64,000 nt of DNA from a candidate division FCPU426 bacterium (GTDB lineage Bacteria; Oederibacteriota; Muellerivitia; Muellerivitales; Muellerivitaceae), in assembly GCA_963771075.1 (NCBI GenBank), contig CAVYSE010000018.1, positions 128,001-192,000 on the forward strand. The letters are read 5' to 3'. The notes below the pieces were generated by a model. The model saw only the letters and a list, made by a program, of their open reading frames with translations. It ran no database searches and was not told where the DNA came from. Shown here in pieces: positions 30,101 through 39,179 of this stretch; within the stretch, counting starts at the first letter, position 1; each line of letters starts with the position of its first letter. The position numbers and the translations under genes were made by a program.

Positions 30101-33100
30101 CCGAACGAATATGTCACCCTGGGAGGATTCCCGTTGGATGGGATAGGGGCGGGGTTATCGCAGAATTACATGATTACGTATGATTTCGCGGGTGGAGCGG
30201 GGTTGGGGACCTATGGGATGAACGTGGTTGGAGCGGGGGGGGTGGGACAAAGTACGGGACAACTGGTCCAGTTAACGGGGGTGCCGTTTGCGGGGGCAAC
30301 GATCATGGTGGCGGCGGCGACTCCCACACCAACCTTTACGGCGACGAGCAGTTTCACCTCTACATCGACCTGGACGGGTACCTCGACGCCGACGATCACC
30401 CTGACTCCGACGGTGACCCTGACGCCGACCCCGAGCTACACGATCACGCTTACCCCAACGATCACGAACACGGTGACCCTAACTCCGACGGTGACCTTGA
30501 CGCCGACTGAGAGCTACACGATCACACTCACGCCGACGATCACGAATACCGTGACCCTGACTCCAACAGTGACCTTGACGCCGACTGAGAGCTACACGAT
30601 CACACTTACGCCGACGATCACCGATACCGTGACCTTGACGCCAACGATCACGAATACGGAAACCCTGACTCCGACCATCACGCCAACCTTCACGGCTACA
30701 CCCACGGTAACGATGACCTATACGGTGACCCAGACGCCGCCGGTACTCAATATAGTTCGTGTGACGCCACCCGTGGATACGACGGTGATACCGGGAAGCC
30801 AGGGAGTGTCGGTGGTTCAAGTGAAAGTCAGCAACAACGATGGGGAGGGAGTAAACCTCAGTTACGTGATATTGCAGGCGACAGGGACGGGGGAATCGTT
30901 GCCGGTTAACGTCACGGCGGTGAATTTGTACAAGGGATCAACCTTGTTGGCAAGTTCGACCTATTCGGGGACGTCGCCGAACGAATATGTCACCCTGGGA
31001 GGATTCCCGTTGGATGGGATAGGGGCGGGGTTATCGCAGAATTACATGATTACGTATGATTTCGCGGGTGGAGCGGGGTTGGGGACCTATGGGATGAACG
31101 TGGTTGGAGCGGGGGGGGTGGGACAAAGTACGGGACAACTGGTCCAGTTAACGGGGGTGCCGTTTGCGGGGGCAACGATCATGGTGGCGGCGGCGACTCC
31201 CACACCAACCTTTACGGCGACGAGCAGTTTCACCTCTACATCGACCTGGACGGGAACACCGACACCGACCATCACCCTGACACCGACGATCACCAATACC
31301 GTGACCTTAACCCCAACGATCACGAATACGGTGACCCTGACTCCGACAATCACGAACACGGTGACCCTGACTCCAACAGTGACCCTGACACCGACGATCA
31401 CCAATACCGTGACCTTAACCCCGACAATCACCAACACGGTGACCTTGACGCCGACAATCACGAATACAGTGACGAATACGCCGACCTTTACGCCGACCGT
31501 GACAAGCACTTGGACCTCGACCACGACTCCGACGGTGACTCCGACGGTGGGGCTGGCCTTGTCGTGGAACAATCTGCCCTCGCCGCAGAACTATTTGTTT
31601 AACCAGATAAACGTATCGAGTCTGCAGTTCGTATTGACGTCGACGGCGCAGGAGAATGTGCTGGTGAAACAGCTGGTGTTCACGGGCGGCGGGAGCGTGG
31701 GCTGGACCGGGGATGTGGTGGCGGGGAGCGTGAGGTTGTACCAGGACAATTCACCGGGTTCCAATGGGTTGTATAACGCCGCCGATACGCTGTTGCTGGG
31801 AAGCCAAACCTTTGACTCAACGGGAGCGGTGACATTCACGAGCCTGTCGGGATTGACAAGCCTGGCGTCGGGAGCGCCGCAAACCTTCCTGCTGGTGTTT
31901 GACCTGAACATGGGGGGATTGGCGAGCAAGACTTTTGACAACGGGCTGGCCTTGGGAGGGATCACGGCGAACGGCCAGACGACGGGGCAGGGGGCGATCC
32001 TGACAGGTGCGAACATCACGGGGAAAACGCATACGATTTCACCGGTAACAGCCACGCCGACTTCCACGAATACGGTTACGCTCACGCCGACGACCACCAA
32101 TACCGTAACCTTGACCCCGACGATCACGAACACAGTAACCCTGACTCCGACGGTGACCTTGACGCCGACGATCACCAATACCGTGACCTTGACCCCGACG
32201 ATCACGAACACGGTGACCCTGACACCGACGATCACCAATACCGTGACCTTAACCCCGACAATCACCAACACGGTGACCTTGACGCCGACAATCACGAACA
32301 CGGTGACGAATACGCCGACCTTTACGCCGACCGTGACAAGCACTTGGACCTCGACCACGACTCCGACGGTGACTCCGACGGTGGGGCTGGCCTTGTCGTG
32401 GAACAACCTGCCCTCGCCGCAGAACTATTTGTATGACCAGGTTAACGTATCGAGTCTGCAGTTCGTATTGACGTCGACGGCGCAGGAGAATGTGCTGGTG
32501 AAACAGCTGGTGTTCACGGGCGGTGGGAGCGTGGGCTGGACCGGGGATGTGGTGGCGGGGAGCGTGAGGTTGTACCAGGACTCGTCCTTGAACGGCTTGT
32601 ATTCGGTTGGGGCCGATACCCTTTTGTTGGGAGGACAAAGCTTCAATGGATCAGGTTCCGTGACCTTTCAAAACCCGAACGGAGTTACGGCTCCGTTGGT
32701 GTCGGGCATGCCGCAAACCTTCCTGCTGGTGTTTGATCTGAACATGGGGGGATTGGCGAGCAAGACTTTTGACAACGGGCTGGCCTTGGGAGGGATCACG
32801 GCGAACGGCCAGACGACGGGGCAGGGGGCGATCCTGGCAGGTGCCGACATCACGGGGAAAACGCATACGATTTCACCGGTAACAGCCACGCCGACAGCGA
32901 CCACCACCTTTACAACCACAGCGACTTCGACCGATACCATCACACCCACGCCGTCGGTCACGCAAACTCACACATCCACATTTACCTTCACCGAGACCCC
33001 GACTCCGACCCTTACCTTGACCTTTACCTCGACCTTCACGCCAACCGAGACGGCCACGGCAACCTTTACCCCAACGCCGACTAATACGTCCACCTATACC

Positions 33101-34660
33101 GCGACATCTACCGCTTCTTTTACGGCTACCTTCACGCCAACCTTCACCTTCACGGTCACTCCCACACCCACCTTTACCATTCAGCCGCCTTCTTCCATCG
33201 TCGTCCTGCCCCAAACCGCCCCCGTAACGGCAGGGGGATATGCCTCGGTGACCTTGGAGGTGTTAAATGGAGCAGGACAACCGGCTACCCTTGAAACGGC
33301 GATGACATTGAGTCTGAATTCAAACTCGACCGGAGAAAATGCCATTTGGTTGTCTCCATCGTCGAGTGGCACGACAATCAACTCCGTTAATTTTACGTCT
33401 GGGAGCGTCGCTCAAACCTTGGTTTATTACAGGGATGATCTAGCCGGGAATTGGACTCTCACCGCATCTTCCTTCAACCTTGCTTATGGGACCATTAATG
33501 TGATTCCGGGCGCATTTATGAGCTTGCAAGTATTGCTGCCGGGTCAAACCGCCGATCCTGGTCATCCAACCGCGGATCCAATTGGAATACTGGGTAATCC
33601 TTCATCCGCTGTCGCAGGTTCCCCGGTTCAAGTTACGCTGAACGCGGTGGACGCCTATTTCAACCGGGTTTTATCTATTGACGATCCATTAACCTTGACC
33701 CTCACCGATCCCGCGGCCCCGGCTGGCGGGACCGTGAATCTTTCGGGTGGAACGGCAATAAAACCTGTAACTTTTTATTCCCCTGGCAACCAAGCTGTCA
33801 CTGCCACGGATACGGTTACTGGCCCCAAGACGGGTTCCAGCGGTTTATTAACGATCCTGGGGGGGACAGCCAGCACCCTATTGGACATCGTTCATAATTC
33901 GCCAATCCTTTCCGGCGAAGGGTTGGGTGCGGTGGGTGTGACTTTCATGAATTTCAAATTATCCGTTCAAAGCGGACAAAACCCGATCCGATTGGATAGC
34001 CTCACCCTGCATGCCAGGGATTCCTACGGCAATGATGTGCCCTTAGACACCGCCTTTCAAAACCTTAAACTTATTTCCGGCCCACAAATTTTCATTTTGC
34101 CTCTGTCCTCAGTCAATACCGGGATCGTGAGTCTCGCTCCTTTGTCCGCTGGCATTACTTTTGACGTGGCAGCCGCCTCTCCCATCACCTTGAACCTGAC
34201 GGGGGATATATCCTCCACCGCGACCGCCAGAAACATATCCCTTTCGGTGGATGCTTCCGCCTCAGTCGTGGCGCATGATCCCGTTTCAGCAGTTTCGGCG
34301 GCGGTTGTGGCGACGGGAGATCCCACTGGGTTCCCTATGGTCTCAGGCTTGCTTGTATTGGAGCCTTCGGATGTATCTAAAACTTATGGAAATTATCCTA
34401 ATCCCTTCCGTCCGGGGATCGAAAACACGACTATTGAATTTTATTTACCCGCGCCCTCCTCCGTTTCGTTGATTTTGTACGATGTGTTAGGAAACAAGGT
34501 TTTAACCCTTTTGAAAGGCCAAAACCTACCTACGGGCCTACAGCGCTTAGTTTGGGACGGCCGTAACGGTTCAGGTGCCCCGGTGATTAGCGGTATTTAT
34601 TACGCCCAACTTACGGTAAATGGGACAAGCTACCTAGTGAAAGTGGCGGTGGTCCGATGA
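27137..34660 (+). CDS. Giant (2507 aa) secreted repeat protein / putative adhesin with C-terminal FlgD-Ig/T9SS-CTD-like domain
   Basis: Signal peptide, ConA/DUF1349-like N-domain, 4+2 repeated beta domains joined by Thr/Pro tracts, NYPNPF...WDGRN...GIY...KVAVVR. Confidence 0.87.
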   Translation: MMCNKWKFKSALALIFVFIVTPSVFADCLVSDQFNNEILPAWTALDIGTASLGVTSVGSVLTMTSNDPGMPGGGGTTSDSFYYLYQSSTGDPEVTLQIDSMPAATGGRLGIMFRNGIPPGDVFAYVFAATTGAGTGSFNTMYRNPANTGNQTLGTAAGNWTTATLPVYVRMSKAGTNFDAYFSNDGNTWTRFANIGVAGFTASPYLVGIALASANNVAPGDTGSVEDFSVISGYCTQTNTPTFSSTTTPTQTPTLTPTITNTVTLTPTVTLTPTESYTITLTPTITDTVTLTPTITNTETLTPTITPTFTATPTVTMTYTVTQTPPVLNIVRVTPPVDATVIPGSQGVSVVQVKVSNNDGEGVNLNYVVLQATGTGDSLPVNVTAVNLYKGSTLLASSTYSGTSPNEYVTLGGFPLDGIGAGLSQNYMITYDFAGGAGLGTYGMNVVGAGGVGQSTGQLVQLTGVPFAGATIMVAAATPTPTFTATSSFTSTSTWTGTSTPTITLTPTVTLTPTPSYTITLTPTITNTVTLTPTVTLTPTESYTITLTPTITNTVTLTPTVTLTPTESYTITLTPTITDTVTLTPTITNTETLTPTITPTFTATPTVTMTYTVTQTPPVLNIVRVTPPVDATVIPGSQGVSVVQVKVSNNDGEGVNLNYVVLQATGTGESLPVNVTAVNLYKGSTLLASSTYSGTSPNEYVTLGGFPLDGIGAGLSQNYMITYDFAGGAGLGTYGMNVVGAGGVGQSTGQLVQLTGVPFAGATIMVAAATPTPTFTATSSFTSTSTWTGTSTPTITLTPTVTLTPTPSYTITLTPTITNTVTLTPTVTLTPTESYTITLTPTITNTVTLTPTVTLTPTESYTITLTPTITDTVTLTPTITNTETLTPTITPTFTATPTVTMTYTVTQTPPVLNIVRVTPPVDTTVIPGSQGVSVVQVKVSNNDGEGVNLSYVILQATGTGESLPVNVTAVNLYKGSTLLASSTYSGTSPNEYVTLGGFPLDGIGAGLSQNYMITYDFAGGAGLGTYGMNVVGAGGVGQSTGQLVQLTGVPFAGATIMVAAATPTPTFTATSSFTSTSTWTGTSTPTITLTPTVTLTPTPSYTITLTPTITNTVTLTPTVTLTPTESYTITLTPTITNTVTLTPTVTLTPTESYTITLTPTITDTVTLTPTITNTETLTPTITPTFTATPTVTMTYTVTQTPPVLNIVRVTPPVDTTVIPGSQGVSVVQVKVSNNDGEGVNLSYVILQATGTGESLPVNVTAVNLYKGSTLLASSTYSGTSPNEYVTLGGFPLDGIGAGLSQNYMITYDFAGGAGLGTYGMNVVGAGGVGQSTGQLVQLTGVPFAGATIMVAAATPTPTFTATSSFTSTSTWTGTPTPTITLTPTITNTVTLTPTITNTVTLTPTITNTVTLTPTVTLTPTITNTVTLTPTITNTVTLTPTITNTVTNTPTFTPTVTSTWTSTTTPTVTPTVGLALSWNNLPSPQNYLFNQINVSSLQFVLTSTAQENVLVKQLVFTGGGSVGWTGDVVAGSVRLYQDNSPGSNGLYNAADTLLLGSQTFDSTGAVTFTSLSGLTSLASGAPQTFLLVFDLNMGGLASKTFDNGLALGGITANGQTTGQGAILTGANITGKTHTISPVTATPTSTNTVTLTPTTTNTVTLTPTITNTVTLTPTVTLTPTITNTVTLTPTITNTVTLTPTITNTVTLTPTITNTVTLTPTITNTVTNTPTFTPTVTSTWTSTTTPTVTPTVGLALSWNNLPSPQNYLYDQVNVSSLQFVLTSTAQENVLVKQLVFTGGGSVGWTGDVVAGSVRLYQDSSLNGLYSVGADTLLLGGQSFNGSGSVTFQNPNGVTAPLVSGMPQTFLLVFDLNMGGLASKTFDNGLALGGITANGQTTGQGAILAGADITGKTHTISPVTATPTATTTFTTTATSTDTITPTPSVTQTHTSTFTFTETPTPTLTLTFTSTFTPTETATATFTPTPTNTSTYTATSTASFTATFTPTFTFTVTPTPTFTIQPPSSIVVLPQTAPVTAGGYASVTLEVLNGAGQPATLETAMTLSLNSNSTGENAIWLSPSSSGTTINSVNFTSGSVAQTLVYYRDDLAGNWTLTASSFNLAYGTINVIPGAFMSLQVLLPGQTADPGHPTADPIGILGNPSSAVAGSPVQVTLNAVDAYFNRVLSIDDPLTLTLTDPAAPAGGTVNLSGGTAIKPVTFYSPGNQAVTATDTVTGPKTGSSGLLTILGGTASTLLDIVHNSPILSGEGLGAVGVTFMNFKLSVQSGQNPIRLDSLTLHARDSYGNDVPLDTAFQNLKLISGPQIFILPLSSVNTGIVSLAPLSAGITFDVAAASPITLNLTGDISSTATARNISLSVDASASVVAHDPVSAVSAAVVATGDPTGFPMVSGLLVLEPSDVSKTYGNYPNPFRPGIENTTIEFYLPAPSSVSLILYDVLGNKVLTLLKGQNLPTGLQRLVWDGRNGSGAPVISGIYYAQLTVNGTSYLVKVAVVR
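27895..31254 (+). repeat. 876-bp (292-codon) tandem repeat, about 3.8 copies
   Basis: Near-identical sequence recurs at an 876-bp period (e.g. 28459/29335/30211/31087). Confidence 0.95.
31380..32895 (+). repeat. 834-bp two-copy repeat with a divergent core
   Basis: GTGGGGCTGGCCTTGTCGTGGAAC at 31547 and 32381; flanks near-identical, central patch different. Confidence 0.9.
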
Positions 34661-36309
34661 AGACACTGTTCCTTTACATTTTGACCGGCTTTTACACCCT
34701 ATTCTTCCTAGGGACGGGGGTCCCCATGGTTTGGGGCCAAAGCGCCGAAACCGGAGGAATGGTCGACCCGTTCGAATTGGGTGCGTCGGCCAGGGTCCTG
34801 GCCATGGGTGATGCTGGTGTGGCCTTGGCCGGGGATGGTGGAGCGGCCCTTCTCAACCCGGCATTGCTGGCGACCGTCAACCAGAATGATCTCCTGATGT
34901 TCCATGCGCCTCTTTTTATCGACACGCTTTATGACAGCGTCGGTTTTGTCCAACCTCTTACGGGATCCTCCGGCTTTGCCCTGAGTCTTTCGCGTTTGGG
35001 GATCGATAATATTTTGCAAACCCAAAACAATATCGTGGCGGTATCCACTTTCTCGACCCAAGAATGGGAGGCGACCCTAAGCCTGGGGGCGGAGGTTGTA
35101 CCCGGCTTGGGTATGGGAATCCAGATGAAAGGAATTCAAGAGCAAATCTCCCTTTACCAAGGGGAGGGCGTAGGGATGGACGCCGGGTTGATTTATCGGT
35201 TCGCCCAATCCGAATCGGACTATTCCAAAATCGGACTTCCAAACCTCGTTCTCGGTATCGCGGCCGTGAATCTTATTTCCCCTCAAATCACCCTTTATCA
35301 GACCGGCAGCCAGCCCTCTGAAATCATCAAACCTTCGGTGGGTTTTCTCTATGATATCTCCCCTCACGGCGACCGGTTATGGCTTGCGATGGAGGGAGAG
35401 ATGACCCAGGGAGGAAGCAATCTTGTAAAGGCGGGGGCCGAGTATACTTTTCAGGGCAATTTTTCCCTCAGGGCTGGGTTTGACGGGGTGAGTCCCACGG
35501 CTGGAGGAGGCGTGAGCTTGTCGGGTTTTGAGCTGGATTATGCCTACAACCAAAGGGACTTGGGAACCCTTAACCGGTTGTCCCTATCCTACCGCTTCGG
35601 GGAATATATCGATCCGGTACAAGCCCAAAAAAGGGAGATGTTAAACGAAAGGCTGAGCCTGCTTAAATGGGTTGCCCAAAGCTACGAAAAGGACGAGGAT
35701 TACGACGCCGCGATCAAAGCCTGGAACAATGTTTTAAAAGAATACCCCGACGACGCCGAATCGTCCAAGTCCATCCAAAGTTTGAAGGACCGCCGCCATC
35801 AACAGGTGGAAGCCCTTATGAAACAAGCCCGTCCCGCCATGCAAAAAGGTGATTATGTGAGAGGAATACCCATTTTAGGAAAGGTGCTGGCTTTGGAGCC
35901 TGGCAATACCGAAGCCCGCAACATGCTTAAACACGTCGACCAGGGAAGGCAGTTGGAAACCGCTTATTTGGCCGGGGTCGAGGCTTACCGCCACGAAAAT
36001 TACCGGGAAGCCATGGATTACCTGGAGGGCATTTACGACACCAATCCGGATTACCGGGACGTGGCATTGCTCTACCGTGACGTCCAAAGCCGTATTCAGC
36101 CCCTGGAATCCCTTCCCAAGGACCTTTCCGATCTCTATGCCAAGGGTGTGGACGCTTACATGAAGGGCCAATATTCCGGGGCCATTTCCCTATGGCAGCA
36201 GGTCCTGGCCAAAGATCCTCGAAACCGGCTAGTGGCCAGGAACTTAGAAGAAGCCCGGGGCCACTTGGCCGATCCCACCCCCACACCCCAAGTGAAGAGT
36301 GCCCCTTGA
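34657..36309 (+). CDS. PorV-like beta-barrel fused to C-terminal TPR domains
   Basis: LGASARVLAMGDA, NPALL, GAEY...LRAG, DYAY, SLSYRFG, then TPR helices; ATGA overlap with the giant gene. Confidence 0.85.
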   Translation: MKTLFLYILTGFYTLFFLGTGVPMVWGQSAETGGMVDPFELGASARVLAMGDAGVALAGDGGAALLNPALLATVNQNDLLMFHAPLFIDTLYDSVGFVQPLTGSSGFALSLSRLGIDNILQTQNNIVAVSTFSTQEWEATLSLGAEVVPGLGMGIQMKGIQEQISLYQGEGVGMDAGLIYRFAQSESDYSKIGLPNLVLGIAAVNLISPQITLYQTGSQPSEIIKPSVGFLYDISPHGDRLWLAMEGEMTQGGSNLVKAGAEYTFQGNFSLRAGFDGVSPTAGGGVSLSGFELDYAYNQRDLGTLNRLSLSYRFGEYIDPVQAQKREMLNERLSLLKWVAQSYEKDEDYDAAIKAWNNVLKEYPDDAESSKSIQSLKDRRHQQVEALMKQARPAMQKGDYVRGIPILGKVLALEPGNTEARNMLKHVDQGRQLETAYLAGVEAYRHENYREAMDYLEGIYDTNPDYRDVALLYRDVQSRIQPLESLPKDLSDLYAKGVDAYMKGQYSGAISLWQQVLAKDPRNRLVARNLEEARGHLADPTPTPQVKSAP

Positions 36310-38720
36310 ATTTAAAACAGATCTACCTACGCATTGCGGCTCGTATGACGCCGGATTCCAAAAGGCGGCATTTTAAATTGGAGGTCCCCGCACAGGAATT
36401 GGAACTCCTGACAATCAAAGATTTTGTACAGCGGGTTTGCGATTCCGCGGGATGCTCCCAAAAGGAAACCTCTGGATTTAAGCTGGCCATCGATGAGGCT
36501 TGTACCAATATCATCCGACATGCTTACCAGGGAAAAAGCGACGGGAAAATCAAGGTGGAGATGGGTATCGGCCTGGCCGACCTGAAAACAACCATCACGG
36601 ATTATGGCAAGCCCTTCGATTTTAATTCGGTCCAAGATCCCGACCTCAACCATTACGTGGAGATTGGTAAAAAAGGGGGGCTGGGGATTTGGCTGATCCG
36701 CAAAGTTATGTCCCGGGTTTCCTATAAGGCTTATCCCGACCGCAATGAATTGGTGATGTACCGGCGTTTATCCAACGCTCCGCCCCAACAGCTGGGATTG
36801 AAAAAGGGTGCGGTCTCGGTTTCAGTTAAGTTCACGATTGGGGCGGTGGCCTTAGTGGCGATTCTTTTCGTGACCTTTTATTTCTCCCTGAGTCACCGGC
36901 GGGAGGAGGAAGGCTTCCGGCACCAGAGGGAATACGTGAATTTGATCCTTGGGTCCTTGGCTTCCGAGTCCGGATCAGGGGTTTCCCGCAAGGACAACCT
37001 TGGGATGGAAAACCTCATACGCCAGGTGAAGGCCCAGGACGCGGGCAGGTCGCTTGATTACATCTTTATCGTCGGTTTGGACGGCGTTTTCCTGGCCCAT
37101 ACCGACCTTCGACAAATTCTCAGGCCCTATGCGCGTCCGCCTGGGGAAAAATTCAATCCCAAGGGGGGGATCCAGGTCTTCCAACTTCAAACTACGGAAG
37201 GAAAAGTGAGTGATTCCATCGCACCCATTTATTACAAGGGACAGGTGGTGGGAGAGGTGCATGTGGGGGTGGAGGGAAAGACCATTCGAGAGGCCACCCG
37301 GCAGATCGAAAACGAATTGCGAAACCAGCTTTTAGCCGCTTCCTTGTTCATGATGGTACTACTCTGGCTTCTGTCCCGAATTATCATCCAGCCTTTCCGG
37401 AAGATTTTGATGGGGGTCAACGCCGTTTCCTCTGGAAATCTGGACGCGAAAATTGAGATCGACACCCAGGATGAGTTTGGACAATTGGCGGGCATTTTCA
37501 ATGAAATGACCAATAAGCTCCAGGAATCCCAAAAGGGGATGATGGAGCAAGAACGCATGCAAAAGGAAATGCAGGTCGCTCAGCAGATCCAACACACCCT
37601 TTTGCCGGCCGATTTCCCCCAGATTGAGGGGTATGAGATCGGCGCTACCTACCGGTCCGCGAAGGAGGTGGGGGGGGATTACTACGATTTCTTCTGGGTG
37701 GACCCGACTACCCTGGGTATCGTAGTGGCCGACGTTTCGGGCAAAGGAGTGCCTGGTTCCATGGTGATGACCATGATCCGGACGGCTATGCGCCTGGAGG
37801 CCCGCGGCAACAAGAGCGCCTCGGACACCCTCTCCAAGGTCAACCGGCATGTGACCTCGGATATGAAACGGGGGATGTTCGTCACAATGTTTTACATCAT
37901 CCTGGATTCCCGGACGCGGGCGATCAATTTCGCCAGCGCGGGCCATAACCCCATGATTCTTTACCGGGGTAAAACCAAGGAAGTCTACTTTCTCAAACCG
38001 AAGGGATTCCCGGTGGGCATAGACCTTCCGGAGGAGGAGATGTTCACCCGCAACCTAGCCCTGCAGAAAATTCAACTGGAAAAAAACGATATGCTGGTCA
38101 TCTATACGGACGGGATTACCGAGGCGATGAATCCTGAAAAAGCCCAATTCGGGGAAACCCGGTTGGTGCAAGTCATCAAGGAAAATTCCCACCTGACACC
38201 CCAGGAATTTGTGGAGCAGTTAAATTTGGCCATCGCCCAGTTCACCCGGGGGGCGGAACAAAACGATGACATCACGGTGGTGGCGATCAAGGAGAAAATG
38301 AAGGCCGAGTCGGTGGAGTTCAAGTTCAGAAAGAACCTTTTGGACCTCGTAGAGAAGAAGGGGCTGTCCGTGATCGAGGCATGCCGCCAAATGAACGTCT
38401 CGACCAAAGCGTATTATCGATTCAAAAAGATGGTGACGGACAAAGGCCGGGCCAGCTTGAAGCCCACCCGGTCCCAGCGTAACAGCGATATCCGCGAATT
38501 GACGATACCCCAAAAGGAAGCTTTGATGACCTTGTTGTGCAAGAACCCCGAATTCGGACCCCAAAGGCTCTCACAGGCTTTGAAGAAGCTGACCCCCCCT
38601 GTTCGAGTGGAGTCGAGTCTCATCTACGATCACTTGAAGCGGAAGAGTTTAAGTACGGTCAATCAAAGGAAAGCCTTCGCTGCCATCTCGGTTGACAGCG
38701 AGAAAGCCGGAAGCCCATAA
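36306..38720 (+). CDS. Membrane fusion: RsbW-like kinase, 2TM sensor, HAMP, SpoIIE/PP2C phosphatase, HTH
   Basis: LAIDEACTNIIRHAY / DYG / GGLG; DEFGQLA..FNEM; VGGDYYD, ADVSGKG, YTDG, DDIT; C-terminal SVIEACRQMNVSTKAYY; TTGA overlap. Confidence 0.9.
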   Translation: MNLKQIYLRIAARMTPDSKRRHFKLEVPAQELELLTIKDFVQRVCDSAGCSQKETSGFKLAIDEACTNIIRHAYQGKSDGKIKVEMGIGLADLKTTITDYGKPFDFNSVQDPDLNHYVEIGKKGGLGIWLIRKVMSRVSYKAYPDRNELVMYRRLSNAPPQQLGLKKGAVSVSVKFTIGAVALVAILFVTFYFSLSHRREEEGFRHQREYVNLILGSLASESGSGVSRKDNLGMENLIRQVKAQDAGRSLDYIFIVGLDGVFLAHTDLRQILRPYARPPGEKFNPKGGIQVFQLQTTEGKVSDSIAPIYYKGQVVGEVHVGVEGKTIREATRQIENELRNQLLAASLFMMVLLWLLSRIIIQPFRKILMGVNAVSSGNLDAKIEIDTQDEFGQLAGIFNEMTNKLQESQKGMMEQERMQKEMQVAQQIQHTLLPADFPQIEGYEIGATYRSAKEVGGDYYDFFWVDPTTLGIVVADVSGKGVPGSMVMTMIRTAMRLEARGNKSASDTLSKVNRHVTSDMKRGMFVTMFYIILDSRTRAINFASAGHNPMILYRGKTKEVYFLKPKGFPVGIDLPEEEMFTRNLALQKIQLEKNDMLVIYTDGITEAMNPEKAQFGETRLVQVIKENSHLTPQEFVEQLNLAIAQFTRGAEQNDDITVVAIKEKMKAESVEFKFRKNLLDLVEKKGLSVIEACRQMNVSTKAYYRFKKMVTDKGRASLKPTRSQRNSDIRELTIPQKEALMTLLCKNPEFGPQRLSQALKKLTPPVRVESSLIYDHLKRKSLSTVNQRKAFAAISVDSEKAGSP

Positions 38721-38759
38721 TGACACATCTTTCGGCCCTTTTCCTTATTTGGAGGAACC

Positions 38760-39122
38760 ATGGATAACATCACGGTCAGCGTTGCCGACCATTCCAATCA
38801 TAAAGATATTGTTGTTTTAACGGTCAAGGGTTTCATTGACACCACGACCGCACCGGAATTCGAGAAAAAGTTCCTGGGGGTATTGAGCGATAAGAAATAT
38901 AAGTTGATTGTCGACTTGAAAGATGTCAATTACATCAGTTCCGCTGGGTGGGGAATCTTCATCAGCGAAATCAAGCGCATCCGGTCCCAAAAAGGGGACC
39001 TCATTTTGGTGGGAATGAACCCCGAAGTAAGCGAGGTTTTTGAGCTTTTGGAGTTCAATTCCATCCTGAAGTCCTTTCCCAGCGTGGATCTGGGGCTCAA
39101 AAAAGGCTTCGATAAAGCGTAA
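38760..39122 (+). CDS. STAS anti-sigma-factor antagonist (RsbV/SpoIIAA-like)
   Basis: GFIDTTTAPEF, DLKDVNYISSAG with phospho-acceptor Ser; GGAGG RBS. Confidence 0.93.
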   Translation: MDNITVSVADHSNHKDIVVLTVKGFIDTTTAPEFEKKFLGVLSDKKYKLIVDLKDVNYISSAGWGIFISEIKRIRSQKGDLILVGMNPEVSEVFELLEFNSILKSFPSVDLGLKKGFDKA

Positions 39123-39179
39123 AGGAGCGTTCGGATGGGACGCGCTCTCCTCAAACGGTGCGTGTCTTAATCTCAGGAT

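Noticed and set aside
27895..32895. Long repeats as a CRISPR array or DGR template/variable pair
   Set aside because: They are in-frame coding repeats without unique spacers, differences are not adenine-specific, and no cas or reverse transcriptase gene is present.
38300..38720. Independent IS element at the end of the SpoIIE gene
   Set aside because: In frame with the phosphatase, with no DDE domain and no terminal repeats; treated as a fused HTH.
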